Below are positions 25,601 through 38,400 of a DNA stretch of 64,000 nt, one piece after another; within the stretch, counting starts at the first letter, position 1; each line of letters starts with the position of its first letter. A model generated the notes under the pieces. It saw only the letters and a list, made by a program, of their open reading frames with translations, was not told the DNA's origin and ran no database searches. Position numbers and translations under genes: made by a program. Origin of the DNA: Cyanophora paradoxa CCMP329 (Eukaryota > Plantae > Glaucophyta). The DNA lies in NCBI GenBank assembly GCA_004431415.1, contig QPMI01000609.1, forward strand, positions 161,440-225,439. The letters are read 5' to 3'.

Positions 25601-28600
25601 CTCCGCGTCGTGGACGACCTCGGCGGCGTCGGCACGCAGACCGTCGCCGTGACCATCCACCCGGCCCCGGAGGCGCCCCCGGCCCCGCCCCCCAAGTTGG
25701 TCGAGACGCCGGCGCCCGAGACGCCGAGCCCGAGCCCGAGCCCGAGCCCGACGCCCGTGCCGCCGCCGACGGAGGTCGTGGCGCGCGGCCTGCCGATCTC
25801 GTCGGTGAGCGCCGGCGGGAGGACCGTCGTGGCCGTCGAGGGCGACGCGAGCGCGACGCTCCGCGCGACGGTCGTTGCGGAGGACCCGTCGCAGGTCCGC
25901 TACATGTGGGCGCAGGTCGCCGGCCCCAACGAGGCAGAGCTCGCCGGCGACTCGACGAGCGAGCTCACCGTCTCCAACCTCAAGATGGGCACGTACGCCT
26001 TCAAGGTCGTCGCCAGCGTCGGCGCCGCCGCCGCCGAGGACACCGCCACCCTCGTCGTCTCCTCCAGTGCGCCCGCCCGCCTCCCCTTCCGGCCTGCCAC
26101 GGTGTCCCTGACCCCTCCGCAGCGCCCTCGCTGAGCGTCTCGTCGGCGTCGGCCGTCGCGCTCTCGGGCGATGAGGCGACCGTCTCCGCGCGCGCCTTCT
26201 CCGCCGACGGCTCTCCCATTACCTACAAGTGGGCCCAGGCCGACTCGAACCCCGCCCTCATCCTCCTCCGTGCGCCCGCGCGCGCGCGCCGGCCCCCCAC
26301 CCCGCCCACCCACCCGCCCGCCCCTAACTAACAACAACAGCCGATGCGGACGGAACGGTGCGGGTGCGCGGGGCGGGCCCGTACGCCTACGACCTGGCCG
26401 TGACGGCGACCAACGAGGCCGGCATCTCCACCACCGCCACGCACCGCCTCCTCGTCGAGGGCGGTCCGTCCGCTTCCTCGCTCACGAAGCTCACGAGGCT
26501 GACGCCCTGCAGACCCGTGGTACCGCAAGCTGGGCCTCTGGGCCTCCCTCGGCTCGCTGGCCGCCCTCGGCTGCTACGCGGTCGCCTCGGGCCTCGGCTT
26601 CCCCGGCGGCTACCCCCTCGTCCGCCCCGACCTTCTCCTCATCTTGAAGAAGAAGCTTACGCGCCCGCCCCGCCCCGCCCCGCAGACGTACACGAACCAC
26701 CTGCAGTTCGTCGGCTCGCTCCTCTTCGTGCGCGCGGACTTCGCGCTGCCGGCGTGGGAGTACGCCAAGGCCTTTGGCTGGTCCCTCCTCCACTTCGCGC
26801 CCCCGGCCACCATCGCCGCCACGGGCGCCGTCAGCGCCCCGAACGCCTACATCGCCCGGCGCCTCCTCCAGGTCGTCGAGTCCGACCCGATGGGCCTCGT
26901 CGTGCCGGCGCAGGCGGCCGTGCCCGCCCGTCAGTACGTCGACGGCAACCTCCTCTGGTCCCTCGTCGCCCTCGCCGTCGCCTTCGTTCTCCACGTCGTC
27001 TTCTTCGTCATCTGTCCGCCCGCCCGCCCGCCCCCGCTCGCTCGCTCGCTTCTTTCTTTCTAACGGTGTCCGCACAGGCAACGTGGCGCGGAAGGGCAAG
27101 GGCCTCCCGTCCTCGCTCACCTTCCCCAAGGTCGAGCACTTCGTCCTCCACTTCCTCTACGCGGGTCTCTGCCTCAACGCCTGCTCCCTCGTCAACGCCG
27201 TCCGGAGCGGGCAGGCCACCCACCTCGCCATCGGCGTCCGCGCCGTCCTGGTCAGCTAGCCCTTGTCTTTCGCCTCTTCTTCTTCTTTCTCCTACGGGCG
27301 CGACTGACGTCCCGGTCCGCTTAGCTCGTGGTCCTCGTCATCTACGCGCTCGTCGTGCTCTTCCGCCCGATGACCGGCGCCAAGAGCCTCCTGCACTACA
27401 ACGACCCGGCGCGCATGGGCCCCGAGAGCGACAAGCGTCCCTTTATGTCCCTCGAGGCCGGCGGCCGCTCCGACTCTGCCATCCACTCGACCCCGACTCT
27501 GGACCCGTCCCTGGGCCTCTGGCGGACGCAGGGGAGCCTGGCCTCGGAGCAGTACGCCAACCATTGGACCTACTTCTTCAAGCGCTTCGGCGGGGAGCGC
27601 GGGGGGTACCTCTTCATCGGGCTCGAGCACGTCGAGAAGCTCGCCCGCGCCTTCATCCTGGGCGCCTTCCTGCTCTCGGACGGGCCGGCCGCCGCCCGCT
27701 TCCAGGCCCGCCCCGCCCCGCCCCACGCGTACGGCCCTCCGCCTAAGCGCTGGCGCGCAGGTCGGCGCGCTCGTTGTGATGGCGGTGGCAAAGATCATCC
27801 ACCTGGCCATCGCCCGTCCCTTCGCCGTCGACCGCGTGGAGACCTTCATCCAGGCGCGCCGCCGCTTTTCGCTGTGCTAAGCTGTACTCCGTTGCTGACG
27901 GGCGGCGCGGCGCGGCGGCAGATCATCATCGCGGTGCTCGAGGCGATCATCGCCGGCGTCGTCGCGCTCTTCATCGGGGGCACCGACTTCCAGCGCCGAG
28001 CGCTCCTCGCCCTGCCCTCGGCCGCCACCGGCGCCAAGGCCTTCGTCGGCCTCTCCGCCGCCGCCCTCGTCCTCGCCCTCTTCGACTCCGTCCGCGTCCT
28101 CCTCGCCGCCGTCGCGGTCCGCCCGCCCCCGCTCCGCACACCTGTGTTTGGCGCCGCTCACGGCCCCTCCACCCCAGCGCACGATCGTGGGCCCGAAGTC
28201 GGCGCGGCGCGGCCTGCAGACGCGCCCCTCGTTCGATTCGGGCAAGGTCCTCGACGTCAAGCGCAAGAACGAGGTGGCCCGCCGCGAGCACAACGCCGCC
28301 GTCTCCGCCTCCCTTCGCTCCGTGCGCCTCGCCCCCGCCCCCGCCCCCGCCCCGCCCCCGCCGGCCTGACGCCCCCGAAGCTGCCGGGCGATCCGAAGCG
28401 GCTGCGGCCCGAGGAGCGCGCCGACTGGCTCTTCAAGACGGCGCTCCACGTCCCGCAGCTCGCCCGCACCTTCAACGTCTTCGTGGTCCGTCCCTTTCGC
28501 TTCCTTCCTCTCTTACTCTCTTTCTTACTCACGTTCGGTCGCGCAGCCGGACAGGGCCCCGGCGCCCTTCCAGCAGCGCTTCGCGGGGCTCACGAAGACG

Positions 28601-30408
28601 CTGGAGCGCGGCTACCTCGTGGACGTCGACCCGGCCAACGGCAACGTCTTCTTCTGGTTCGACACGTCGCGCCCGGCGGCGGTCGTGCACTCGGACTGGT
28701 GCAAGCGGCGCGTGCACAAGCTGCTCAACCGCCGCAAGCAGGTCAGAAGAAGGAAGACTAGTGCTCTGCGTTACCACTCTCACCCACCCTAACCGGCGCC
28801 GGCGAGCAGGAGATGCTCGACGCCGGGGACTTCGTCACGGGGGAGACCACCTTCTGGGACGACCCCGACGTCTCGCTCGTCGCCGCCCGCGAAGAGTGCT
28901 TCCCCGAGTTCGGGACGACGGGGAAGGAGCGCTTCCCGCAGTACAGCATGGCCGAGTACGCGCGGGAGATCTGCGCGCCCAACGGGGACTACCAGGAGGG
29001 CATCTGGCGGGGGTACGGCTTCGAGCTCGTCGGCTTCGAGTTCGACCTGCCGATCAAGCCCGTCTACTTCGGGTCGGCGCGCATCGCCGCCACCCTCGAC
29101 CGCGCCTGCAACGTCGCGAAGACGGCGGCGCCCAACTTCCTCCGCGTCTACGACTTCTTCGCGCTCCGCAACTTCTCGGAGACGAACCGCAACCACATCC
29201 GCGTCGTCTCCGTCGTCGAGCCGACGGACATGGACCTCGAGAGCTTCCTGGGCGGCATCCGCGTCGCCGCGTACCCCAACGAGTTCGAGGAGCTCATGCG
29301 GGCCACCCTGCTGCAGGCCCGCCCCGCCCCGCCCCGCTCAGATCTGATCTGATCTGATCTGATCTGAGCTGAACGCCCCCTCAGATCGTGACGGCCATCC
29401 ACTCGGCCCAGAACACTTCGTTCGACGGCAAGGCCCTCAACTTCCGTGCGCCCCGCCCCGCCCGGCCCCTGAGCGGCCAACTCCTCCCAAAGCTGAGCGG
29501 TGCGGCGCCCGCCCGCCCGCGCGCAGGCCACAACGACCTCTCGCCCTCGAACGTCGCCGTCTCGATCTCGGAGGCGCTCCGCCGCCGCCTCGACACGCTC
29601 GCGATGACCCCGCCCAACGACCGCCGGCCCCTCGCCGACCTCGAGCGCGCCCCCGAGAACACCGACCCCACCGTCCGCCGCTACGTCTTCTACGGTCCGT
29701 CCTAATCTCTTTACCCCTCTCCTTCCTCTTTTTTCTCACGCGGGGGGTACAGAGGTGGCGGAGCGGTACCTGGTGGGCCCCGGTGGCGGCCCCTCGCCGA
29801 GCCCGGCGACCCTCGGGGCCGGCATCTCGGCGGGAGACGCGGTGGACCACGAGGGGCGGCAGTACCTCCCGGGGGCGCAGTTCGCCGTGGACCTGCACCG
29901 CGCGCCCCTCGCCAAGATCGTCAACTTCGCCAAGTCCGCCTGCCGCGTCCTCGACTCCAAGGGTCGCCTCCGCGACGTGCGTACCCCCCCCACACTCCCC
30001 CCCCCGCCCCCGCCTTCCCTCATTCTCTCCCAGGACCCCGTGCGGGGCCACGAGTGCCCGCGCGTGCTCCACTCCGAGTCGTACGACCTCAAGTATCTTG
30101 CCGTGCGCCTCTGGATCACGCTGGAGCGCTTCCGCGAGAACCTCGGGCCCTGCCCGCCCGGCCTCGCCGACGTGCTCAGCTACATGGCGGGGACGGACCT
30201 CTCGCACATCGCGCACCAGTTCCGCGACCCGTCCGTCACCATCGACATCACGGACAACTTCGTGGCTCTCCCCCGGTCCATCCTCGACCACCCCTTCTTC
30301 GCCCCGCTCCGCTCCGCCCCGCGCAACGCCCCGCCCCCGACCATCGCCAACACGTACTACTACGTCGAGCACCCGCACGACCGCCCCGTTCCCGCCGCCT
30401 CTCTCTAG
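22677..30408 (+). CDS. Signal peptide + tandem PKD (KIAA0319-type Ig-like) repeats + TRP/PKD2-like multi-pass membrane domain + C-terminal atypical protein-kinase-like domain
   Basis: Signal MRATVVALVAMLAVLAPLA; repeats such as DNDGSVFSYQWKQ..GP, LEPGAYRFRLRVVDD, YMWAQVAGPN..LKMGTYAFKV; membrane block HLQFVGSL...YAKAFGWSLLHF, LAIARPF; kinase-like PNFLRVYDFF, EPTDMDLESFL, LLQIVTAIH, FRHNDLSPSNV, AKIVNFAKS, SYDL, ILDHPFF. More than 20 short introns. Confidence 0.8.
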
Positions 30409-31284
30409 AGGGGCACGCGCGCCGCGCCGCAGCGCGGTCGCAGTGCGAGGGTGCAATGCCCGTAGTTTGTAGGCCCGTTTGAAGTCTGCCTAATCGCAAT
30501 GCAGTCGTATAGTGATAAAAGGGCCACTGACTTGCCGTGCGCGTCAGTTGGGTCCGGGGAAGGGAATTTAAAACTTTGAAACTTGGCGAATCCAAATTAT
30601 TGAAGATGTACATGTATACGTAGATATATCGATCTAGATCTAGAGAGCAGATACTAAGTTATAACTTATTACTTATGACGCATGCGGACACCCGTAAAAA
30701 AACTCAGTTCTCACGGAACGGTCGAGCCAAAAATCCTCGGTAGTTTGATTGAGGTCAGAAAACTTACCTTAGGGTTGTGTTAACGCATATGAGAACACAG
30801 TGTGGCATAGTCGACGTCGGAAGTCCGACCGTCGGACGGTCGACGTCCGACGTTGCGACGGGCGAGTCCGGGGCGACTCCCGGACCCGGGAGTCCGTTCA
30901 GCGACTCCGGAGTCCGCGCGCGTTAACGTTGCTGCACCGTACTACTTTTAGTACGGTACGCGCCGGCCGGGCGCGTGGCGCCGCAGTACCGTAGTACTAC
31001 CGGTCACCGGGTAGTACCGACTCCGAAGTTCGAGTCCGAACACGGTCTGCTGCACATGTACAGCGGCACTACAGCCGCTGAGCCTGCATGGCAGAGCGTT
31101 TGGCCCAGACTCCGCCGCCCAGTGGCCCGGCGGCGGCGGGGCGCCGGCCCGGCGGCCGGCGCCGGCGCCTCTAATATGGCCCGCTATAGCGCTAGGCTAA
31201 ATAATACTGTAGAACTAGAAATATTAAGTGGGCTGCATATATATTTGTAGTACTTAAAAAGTTTTGGGCAATTTCCTAAATATT

Positions 31285-31346
31285 ACACGCCCCCACAGTG
31301 CTGGAGTAGACTGGAGGCTGTGGCCGGTAATTCACCAAAAACAAAC
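31285..31346 (+). mobile_element. Ultra-short retroposon (family R1 variant) with 14-bp TSD
   Basis: ...CTGTGGCCGGTAATTCACCAAAAACAAAC flanked by ATTTCCTAAATATT at 31271-31284 and 31347-31360. Confidence 0.8.
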
Positions 31347-31675
31347 ATTTCCTAAATATTTCTCGCCTGCTAAAGCCGAGATTTCTCAGGGGTACTCCTT
31401 TCTTCGCCATACAAAAGCCCTGCGAAGACCGACCTACCAATAGCTAAAAAAAAGCTTAGGGCCGCGGGGATGTATAAACAGTCCTGCCCCAGGGGCAGTG
31501 CAACCTCTGGTCTGAAGACTGGTATAGTGAGTCAGGTCCTCGGTTGAACGGGTAACATTTCAAAAAGTTTACTTGGGTAACATTTACTTCTCGAATAAAC
31601 AGGTATTAATTAAACAGGTCACGGTACTGGGTACGTAGTGACAAGAACTAGTTAGTACTGCAGTACTACAAGTAC

Positions 31676-31900
31676 TTCGAATTCGAACACAAAACGGGAT
31701 CCCCTACAGTACTACGTAGCTACGGCACTACAAGTACTCAGTCGCATCGAATTCGAACACAAAACGGGATCCCCTGCAGTACTACAAGGACTTAGTCGCT
31801 TCGAATTCGAACACAAAACGGGATCCCCTACAGTACTACAAGTACTTATAATTACTCGCTTCGAATTCGAACACAAAACGTTGAATTTAACGGGATCCCA
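31676..31900. repeat. Four copies of TCGAATTCGAACACAAAACG(GGATCCC) with 50-70-bp spacing
   Basis: Motif near 31677, 31748, 31801, 31861; intervening DNA built from AGTACT/ACTACAAG words. Confidence 0.8.
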
Positions 31901-32403
31901 TGCCCAGCTGCAGGCCCGGTCTAGAATCTAGATCTAGATCTAGATCTAGCTATGCTACTATATTACCGCCACCCCGCCAATATTAATTACCCGGTTAGAA
32001 AGCGCTCGTTAGACGACTAGCAGGGCTGACCGGCACGGGGGGCGGAGAAATGAAACGGGTACCGGTACACACGTAATAATATAATAAACTTAGCAACTTG
32101 ATTATATATTAAGCATATTAAACATGACATTTAATATAAATAGGTTTATTATTATATAATAAGAATATTATTAAGTATATATATAATACAGCAATTATAT
32201 CATATTAATAAATTGTAGCAACATTAACGTACCCCCAGAGAATCTTTAACAATCATTTACACTATACCTAATAGCCAAACCTAGCTCGAGAGGAACCTCG
32301 ATGTGACGGACATCTAAGCAGTGAATAGTAGAATAAACATTCCTGCCCCGGGGCAGTGCAGCCTCTGGTCTGTATCAGGTCTCCGCCGGCACGGAAATGT
32401 TTA

Positions 32404-35400
32404 CAAGATCCGTGCTCCTGCGGAGCACTAAGTACGGCGAAGCCTCGCGGACGCCCTCGCGGCTGTCACAGTAGGCCTATAGGGCACTGGCCAGCGGCCT
32501 GGCCGATCGCGAACAGCTTTCTGGTTGGAAGCTGGCCGGCTGACGGCCAGTCCAGCTACCGCTGGCCGGCTAGAGGAATATAACTAGAGGAATATTAATG
32601 TACTGAGGAAATAAAGGGAGGCCGGAGCAGGTTGAGATTAGAGGAGATGAATTATATATAATATTGTTGAGAGGGAGGCCCGGGAGGGGCAAGGTTCTCG
32701 CGGCCAGGCGCATGCACAGAGCTTGCGAATCGCTTAAACAGAATCTTGAATGCATATAGCTATAGCATCGATGTGCGGGGCTGCGGAGCTCGAGGCGAGG
32801 GCGCGCGGAAAGATGTGCAGGTCCATGCAGGATCGAATTTTCGGGTCGGCTGGGTCCTCGCGGCCCGTCGCATACGCAAAGCGTGCGGAAGACTTTGCCT
32901 ACATCTTAAATGCTTATGCTATCGTTCCGCGCATGCGCCGCGGCGTGGGCGCGCGGAAAGATGTCAGGGCGCGTGCAGGATCGAATTTTGGCCGTCGGGT
33001 ACCTTCCTGCGCTGTTCCGGCTCCGAAAAGCGGATTTCGGGGGTGCGCAGGCCCTGCTATGTCCATGCGCGCCAGTACGCATCGATTGCGCGCGTCGCGG
33101 GACCGGGCGGGACCGGCTAGCGCTGGATCAAATTTTCGGCCGACTCTTCGCACTGGAGCGTCGACGGCGCTTGAAATCGAGCTTGCGGCGATGCGCTCGC
33201 CCTCGCGCGGCATTCTGTATCGTTCTGGGGCGTCCCTGGCGCGATTTCGTCGCGGGACGGGCGGGACCGGGTCCCACCTTCTGACTCGGACTGCATTTGT
33301 CGGAGGTTAAGTACCGGAATTGATCCAGAGGGAAATTCGATTTTCGCGCGACGCCCACGGGCGAGCGGTCGTCTTAGGGGAGCCACGACGCTAAAAATGG
33401 ATCTAGAGAGGTCTGTGGGGGTTAGGGTAGCTGAGTCATTAGCGGCAATCGCGTCCGTGTCGAGGCAGAATTAATAATTCGTCCTCGAGGGAGTGCGACG
33501 CGGAAATTATTTAGCAGGGGGGATCTTGAGTGGAAAAAAAGGTTAAAAAAGGAATTTATATCGGCGGTTTTTGGGTTTGAGACAAGATCCGTGCTCCTGC
33601 GGAGCACTAAGTACGGCGAAGCCTCGCGGACGCCCTCGCGGCTGTCACAGTAGGCCTATAGGGCACTGGCCAGCGGCCTGGCCGATCGCGAACAGCTTTC
33701 TGGCTAGAAGCTGGCTGGCTGACGGCCAGTCCAGCTAGCGCTGGTCGGCTAGAGGAATATTAATGCCATGATGTACTGAGCGAGGAAATAATTAAAGGGT
33801 GGAGCAGATCGATCTAGATTGAGCCCCATGAGAGTATTCATTTGAGCTCTTAATTATCGAACTTTCGCTAAAGGGTGGAGCAGATCGATCTAGATTGAGC
33901 CCCATTCTCTTCAAAGAGGGTGGAGCAGATCGATCTAGATTGAGCCCCATTCTCTTCAAAGAGCTACGGGAAATAATTAAAGGGTGGAGCTGAGTACCGT
34001 AGCGATGCCCATGCGTGAGCATGCGAGGGCGTGCGGAAAGCTGTGCAGGTCCGTGCAAGATCGAACTTTCGGGGTTGGCTGGGTTCTCGCGGCCCGGCGC
34101 ATCTGTAAAGCATGCGGAAGGCTTTGTCTACATCTCACATGCATATGCTATTGTCCCGCGCATGTGCCGCGGCGTGGGCGCGCAGAAAGATGTCCAGGTC
34201 CGTGCAGGATCGAATTTTTGCCGTCGGCTGGGTTCTCGTGGTCTTCGGCGTGTTCGAAGCTTGTCGAAGGCTTTGATAAAATCTCAAATGAATATTGTAG
34301 CGATGCGCATGCGCGAGGATGCGAGGGCGCGCGGAAAGATGTGCAGGTCTGTAGAGGATCGAATTTTCGGGGTGGGCTGGGTCCCCGCGGCCCCGCGCAT
34401 CTGTAAAGCGTGCGGAAGGCTTCTTCTACATCTCAAATGCGTATGCTATCGTTCCGCGCATGCGCCGCGGCGTGGGCGCGCGGAAAGGTGCCCAGGACCG
34501 TGCAGGTTCGAATTTTTGCTGCCGGGAGCCTTCCTGCACTGTTCGGCCTCCGAAAAGTGGATTTCGGGGGTGGGCAGGCCGTGCTATGTCTATGCGCGCC
34601 AGTACGCATGGATTGCGCGCGTCGCGGGACCGGCCGGAACCGGCCGGATCAAATTTTCGGCCGACTCTTCGCACTGGAGCGTCGACGGCGCCCGAAATCG
34701 AGTTTGCGGCGATGCGCTCGCCCTCGCGCGTCATTCTGTATCGTTCTGGGGCGTCCCTGGCGCGATTTCGTCGCGGGACCGGGCGGGACCGGGTCCCACC
34801 TTCTGACTCGGACTGCATTTGTCGGAGGTTAAGTACCGGAATTGATCCAGAGGGAAATTCGATTTTCGCGCGACGCCCACGGGCGAGCGGTCGTCTTAGG
34901 GGAGTCACGACGCTAAAAATGGATCTAGAGAGGTCTGTGGGGGTTCGGGCAGCCGTGTAATGTCTATCAATCGCGTCCGTGTCGAGGCAGAATTAATAAT
35001 TCTGCCTCGAGGGAGTGTGACACGGGAATTATTTAGCAGGGGGGATCTGGAGTGGAAAAAAAGGTTAAAAAAGGAATTTCGGTCGGCGGTTTTTGGGTTT
35101 GAGACAAGATCCGTGCTCCTGCGGAGCACTAAGTACGGCGAAGCCTCGCGGACGCCCTCGCGGCTGTCACAGTAGGCCTATAGGGCACTGGCCAGCGGCC
35201 TGGCCGATCGCGAACAGCTTTCTGGTTGGAAGCTGGCCGGCTGACGGCCAGTCCAGCTACCGCTGGCCGGCTAGAGGAATATAACTAGAGGAATATTAAT
35301 GTACTGAGGAAATAAAGGGAGGCCGGAGCAGGTTGAGATTAGAGGAGATGAATTATATATAATATTGTTGAGAGGGAGGCCCGGGAGGGGCAAGGTTCTC

Positions 35401-38400
35401 GCGGCCAGGCGCATGCACAGAGCTTGCGAATCGCTTAAACAGAATCTCGAATGCATATAGCATCGATGTGCGGGGCTGCGGAGGCGAGCGCGTGCGGAAA
35501 GATGTGCAGGCGTGGCCAGGATCGAATTTTTGCGTCGGCTGGGTTCTCGTGCCCTGTCGCGCCTGCAGAGCTTGCGAAAAGCTTTAAAAAGGAGTCAACT
35601 GAAAATTGTAGCGATGCGCTCGCGTGAGGATGCGAGGGCGCGCGGAAAGTTGTGCAGGTCCGTCGAGGATCGAATTTCCGGGGTCGGGTGGGTCCTCGCG
35701 GCCTGGTGCATTTAGAGACCGTGCGGAAGGCTTCTTCTACATCTCAAATGCTTATGCTATCGTTCCGCGCATGCGCCGCGGCGTGGGCGCGCGGAAAGAT
35801 CTCCGGGCCTGTCTAGGATCGAATTTTTGCCGTCGGGTATGTCCAGGATCGAATTTTTGCGTCGGCTGGGTTCTCGTGCCGTGTCGCGCCTGCAGACCTT
35901 GCGAAAAGCTTTAAAAAGGAGTCAACTGAAAATTGTAGCGAAGCGCTCGCGTGAGGATGCGAGGGCGCGCGGAAAGTTGTGCAGGTCCGTCCAGGATCGA
36001 ATTTCCGGGGTCGGCTGGGTCCTCGCGGCCCGGCGCATTTAGAGACCGTGCGGAAGGCTTCTTCTACATCTCAAATGTTTATACTATTGCTCCGCGCATG
36101 CGCCGCGGCGTGGGCGCGCGGAAAGATCTCCGGGCCTGTCTAGGATCGAATTTTTGCCGTCGGGTACCTTCCTGCGCTCTTCCGGCTCCGAAAAGCGGAT
36201 TTCGGGGTGCGCAGGCGCTGCTATGTCTATGCGCGCCCGTAGGCATGCATTGCGCGCGTCGGGGGACCGGGCGGAACCGGCCGGATCAAATTTCGGCCGA
36301 CTGTTCGCACTGGAGCGCCGACGGCGCTTGAAATCGAGCTTGCGGCGATGCGCTCGCCCTCGCGCGGCATTCTGTATCGTTCTGGGGTCTCTCTGGCGCG
36401 ATTTCGTCGCGGGACCGGGCGGGACCGGGTCCCACCTTCTGACTCGGACTGCATTTGTCGGAGGTTAAGTACCGGAATTGATCCAGAGGGAAATTCGATT
36501 TCGCGCGACGCCCACGGGCGAGCGGTCGTCTTAGGGGAGCCAGGACGCTAAAAATGGATCTAGAGGGGTCTGTGGGGGTTCGGGCAACTGTGTAATGTCC
36601 ATTAATCGCGTCCGTGTCGAGGCAGAATTAATAATTCTGCCTCGAGGGAGTGTGACACGGAAATTATTTAGCAGGGGGGATCTTGAGTGGAAAAAAAGGT
36701 TAAAAAAGGAATTTCGCTCGGCGGTTTTTGGGTTTGAGACAAGATCCGTGCTCCTGCGGAGCACTAAGTACGGCGAAGCCTCGCGGACGCCCTCGCGGCT
36801 GTCACAGTAGGCCTATAGGGCACTGGCCAGCGGCCTGGCCGATCGCGAACAGCTTTCTGGTTGGAAGCTGGCCGGCTGACGGCCAGTCCAGCTACCGCTG
36901 GCCGGCTAGAGGAATATAACTAGAGGAATATTAATGTACTGAGGAAATAAAGGGAGGCCGGAGCAGGTTGAGATTAGAGGAGATGAATTATATATAATAT
37001 TGTTGAGAGGGAGGCCCGGGAGGGGCAAGGTTCTCGCGGCCAGGCGCATGCACAGAGCTTGCGAATCGCTTAAACAGAATCTCGAATGCATATAGGATCG
37101 ATGTGCGGGGCTGCGGAGGCGAGCGCGTGCGGAAAGATGTGCAGGCGTGGCCAGGATCGAATTTTTGCGTCGGCTGGGTTCTCGTGCCCTGTCGCGCCTG
37201 CAGAGCTTGCGAAAAGCTTTAAAAAGGAGTCAACTGAAAATTGTAGCGATGCGCTCGCGTGAGGATGCGAGGCGCGCGGAAAGTTGTGCAGGTCCGTCGA
37301 GGATCGAATTTCCGGGTCGGGTGGGTCCTCGCGGCCTGGTGCATTTAGAGACCGTGCGGAAGGCTTCTTCTACATCTCAAATGCTTATGCTATCGTTCCG
37401 CGCATGCGCCGCGGCGTGGGCGCGCGGAAAGATCTCCGGCCTGTCTAGGATCGAATTTTTGCCGTCGGGTATGTCCAGGATCGAATTTTTGCGTCGGCTG
37501 GGTTCTCGTGCCGTGTCGCGCCTGCAGACCTTGCGAAAAGCTTTAAAAAGGAGTCAACTGAAAATTGTAGCGAAGCGCTCGCGTGAGGATGCGAGGGCGC
37601 GCGGAAAGTTGTGCAGGTCCGTCCAGGATCGAATTTCCGGGTCGGCTGGGTCCTCGCGGCCCGGCGCATTTAGAGACCGTGCGGAAGGCTTCTTCTACAT
37701 CTCAAATGTTTATACTATTGCTCCGCGCATGCGCCGCGGCGTGGGCGCGCGGAAAGATCTCCGGGCCTGTCTAGGATCGAATTTTTGCCGTCGGTACCTT
37801 CCTGCGCTCTTCCGGCTCCGAAAAGCGGATTTCGGGGTGCGCAGGCGCTGCTATGTCTATGCGCGCCCGTAGGCATGCATTGCGCGCGTCGGGGACCGGG
37901 CGGAACCGGCCGGATCAAATTTCGGCCGACTGTTCGCACTGGAGCGCCGACGGCGCTTGAAATCGAGCTTGCGGCGATGCGCTCGCCCTCGCGCGGCATT
38001 CTGTATCGTTCTGGGGTCTCTCTGGCGCGATTTCGTCGCGGGACCGGGCGGGACCGGGTCCCACCTTCTGACTCGGACTGCATTTGTCGGAGGTTAAGTA
38101 CCGGAATTGATCCAGAGGGAAATTCGATTTCGCGCGACGCCCACGGGCGAGCGGTCGTCTTAGGGGAGCCAGGACGCTAAAAATGGATCTAGAGGGGTCT
38201 GTGGGGGTTCGGGCAACTGTGTAATGTCCATTAATCGCGTCCGTGTCGAGGCAGAATTAATAATTCTGCCTCGAGGGAGTGTGACACGGAAATTATTTAG
38301 CAGGGGGGATCTTGAGTGGAAAAAAAGGTTAAAAAAGGAATTTCGCTCGGCGGTTTTTGGGTTTGAGACAAGATCCGTGCTCCTGCGGAGCACTAAGTAC

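Noticed and set aside
31676-31900. CRISPR-like or cloning-linker repeat (EcoRI/BamHI sites)
   Set aside because: Spacers are related low-complexity AGTACT words, there are only four units, and no vector sequence is present.
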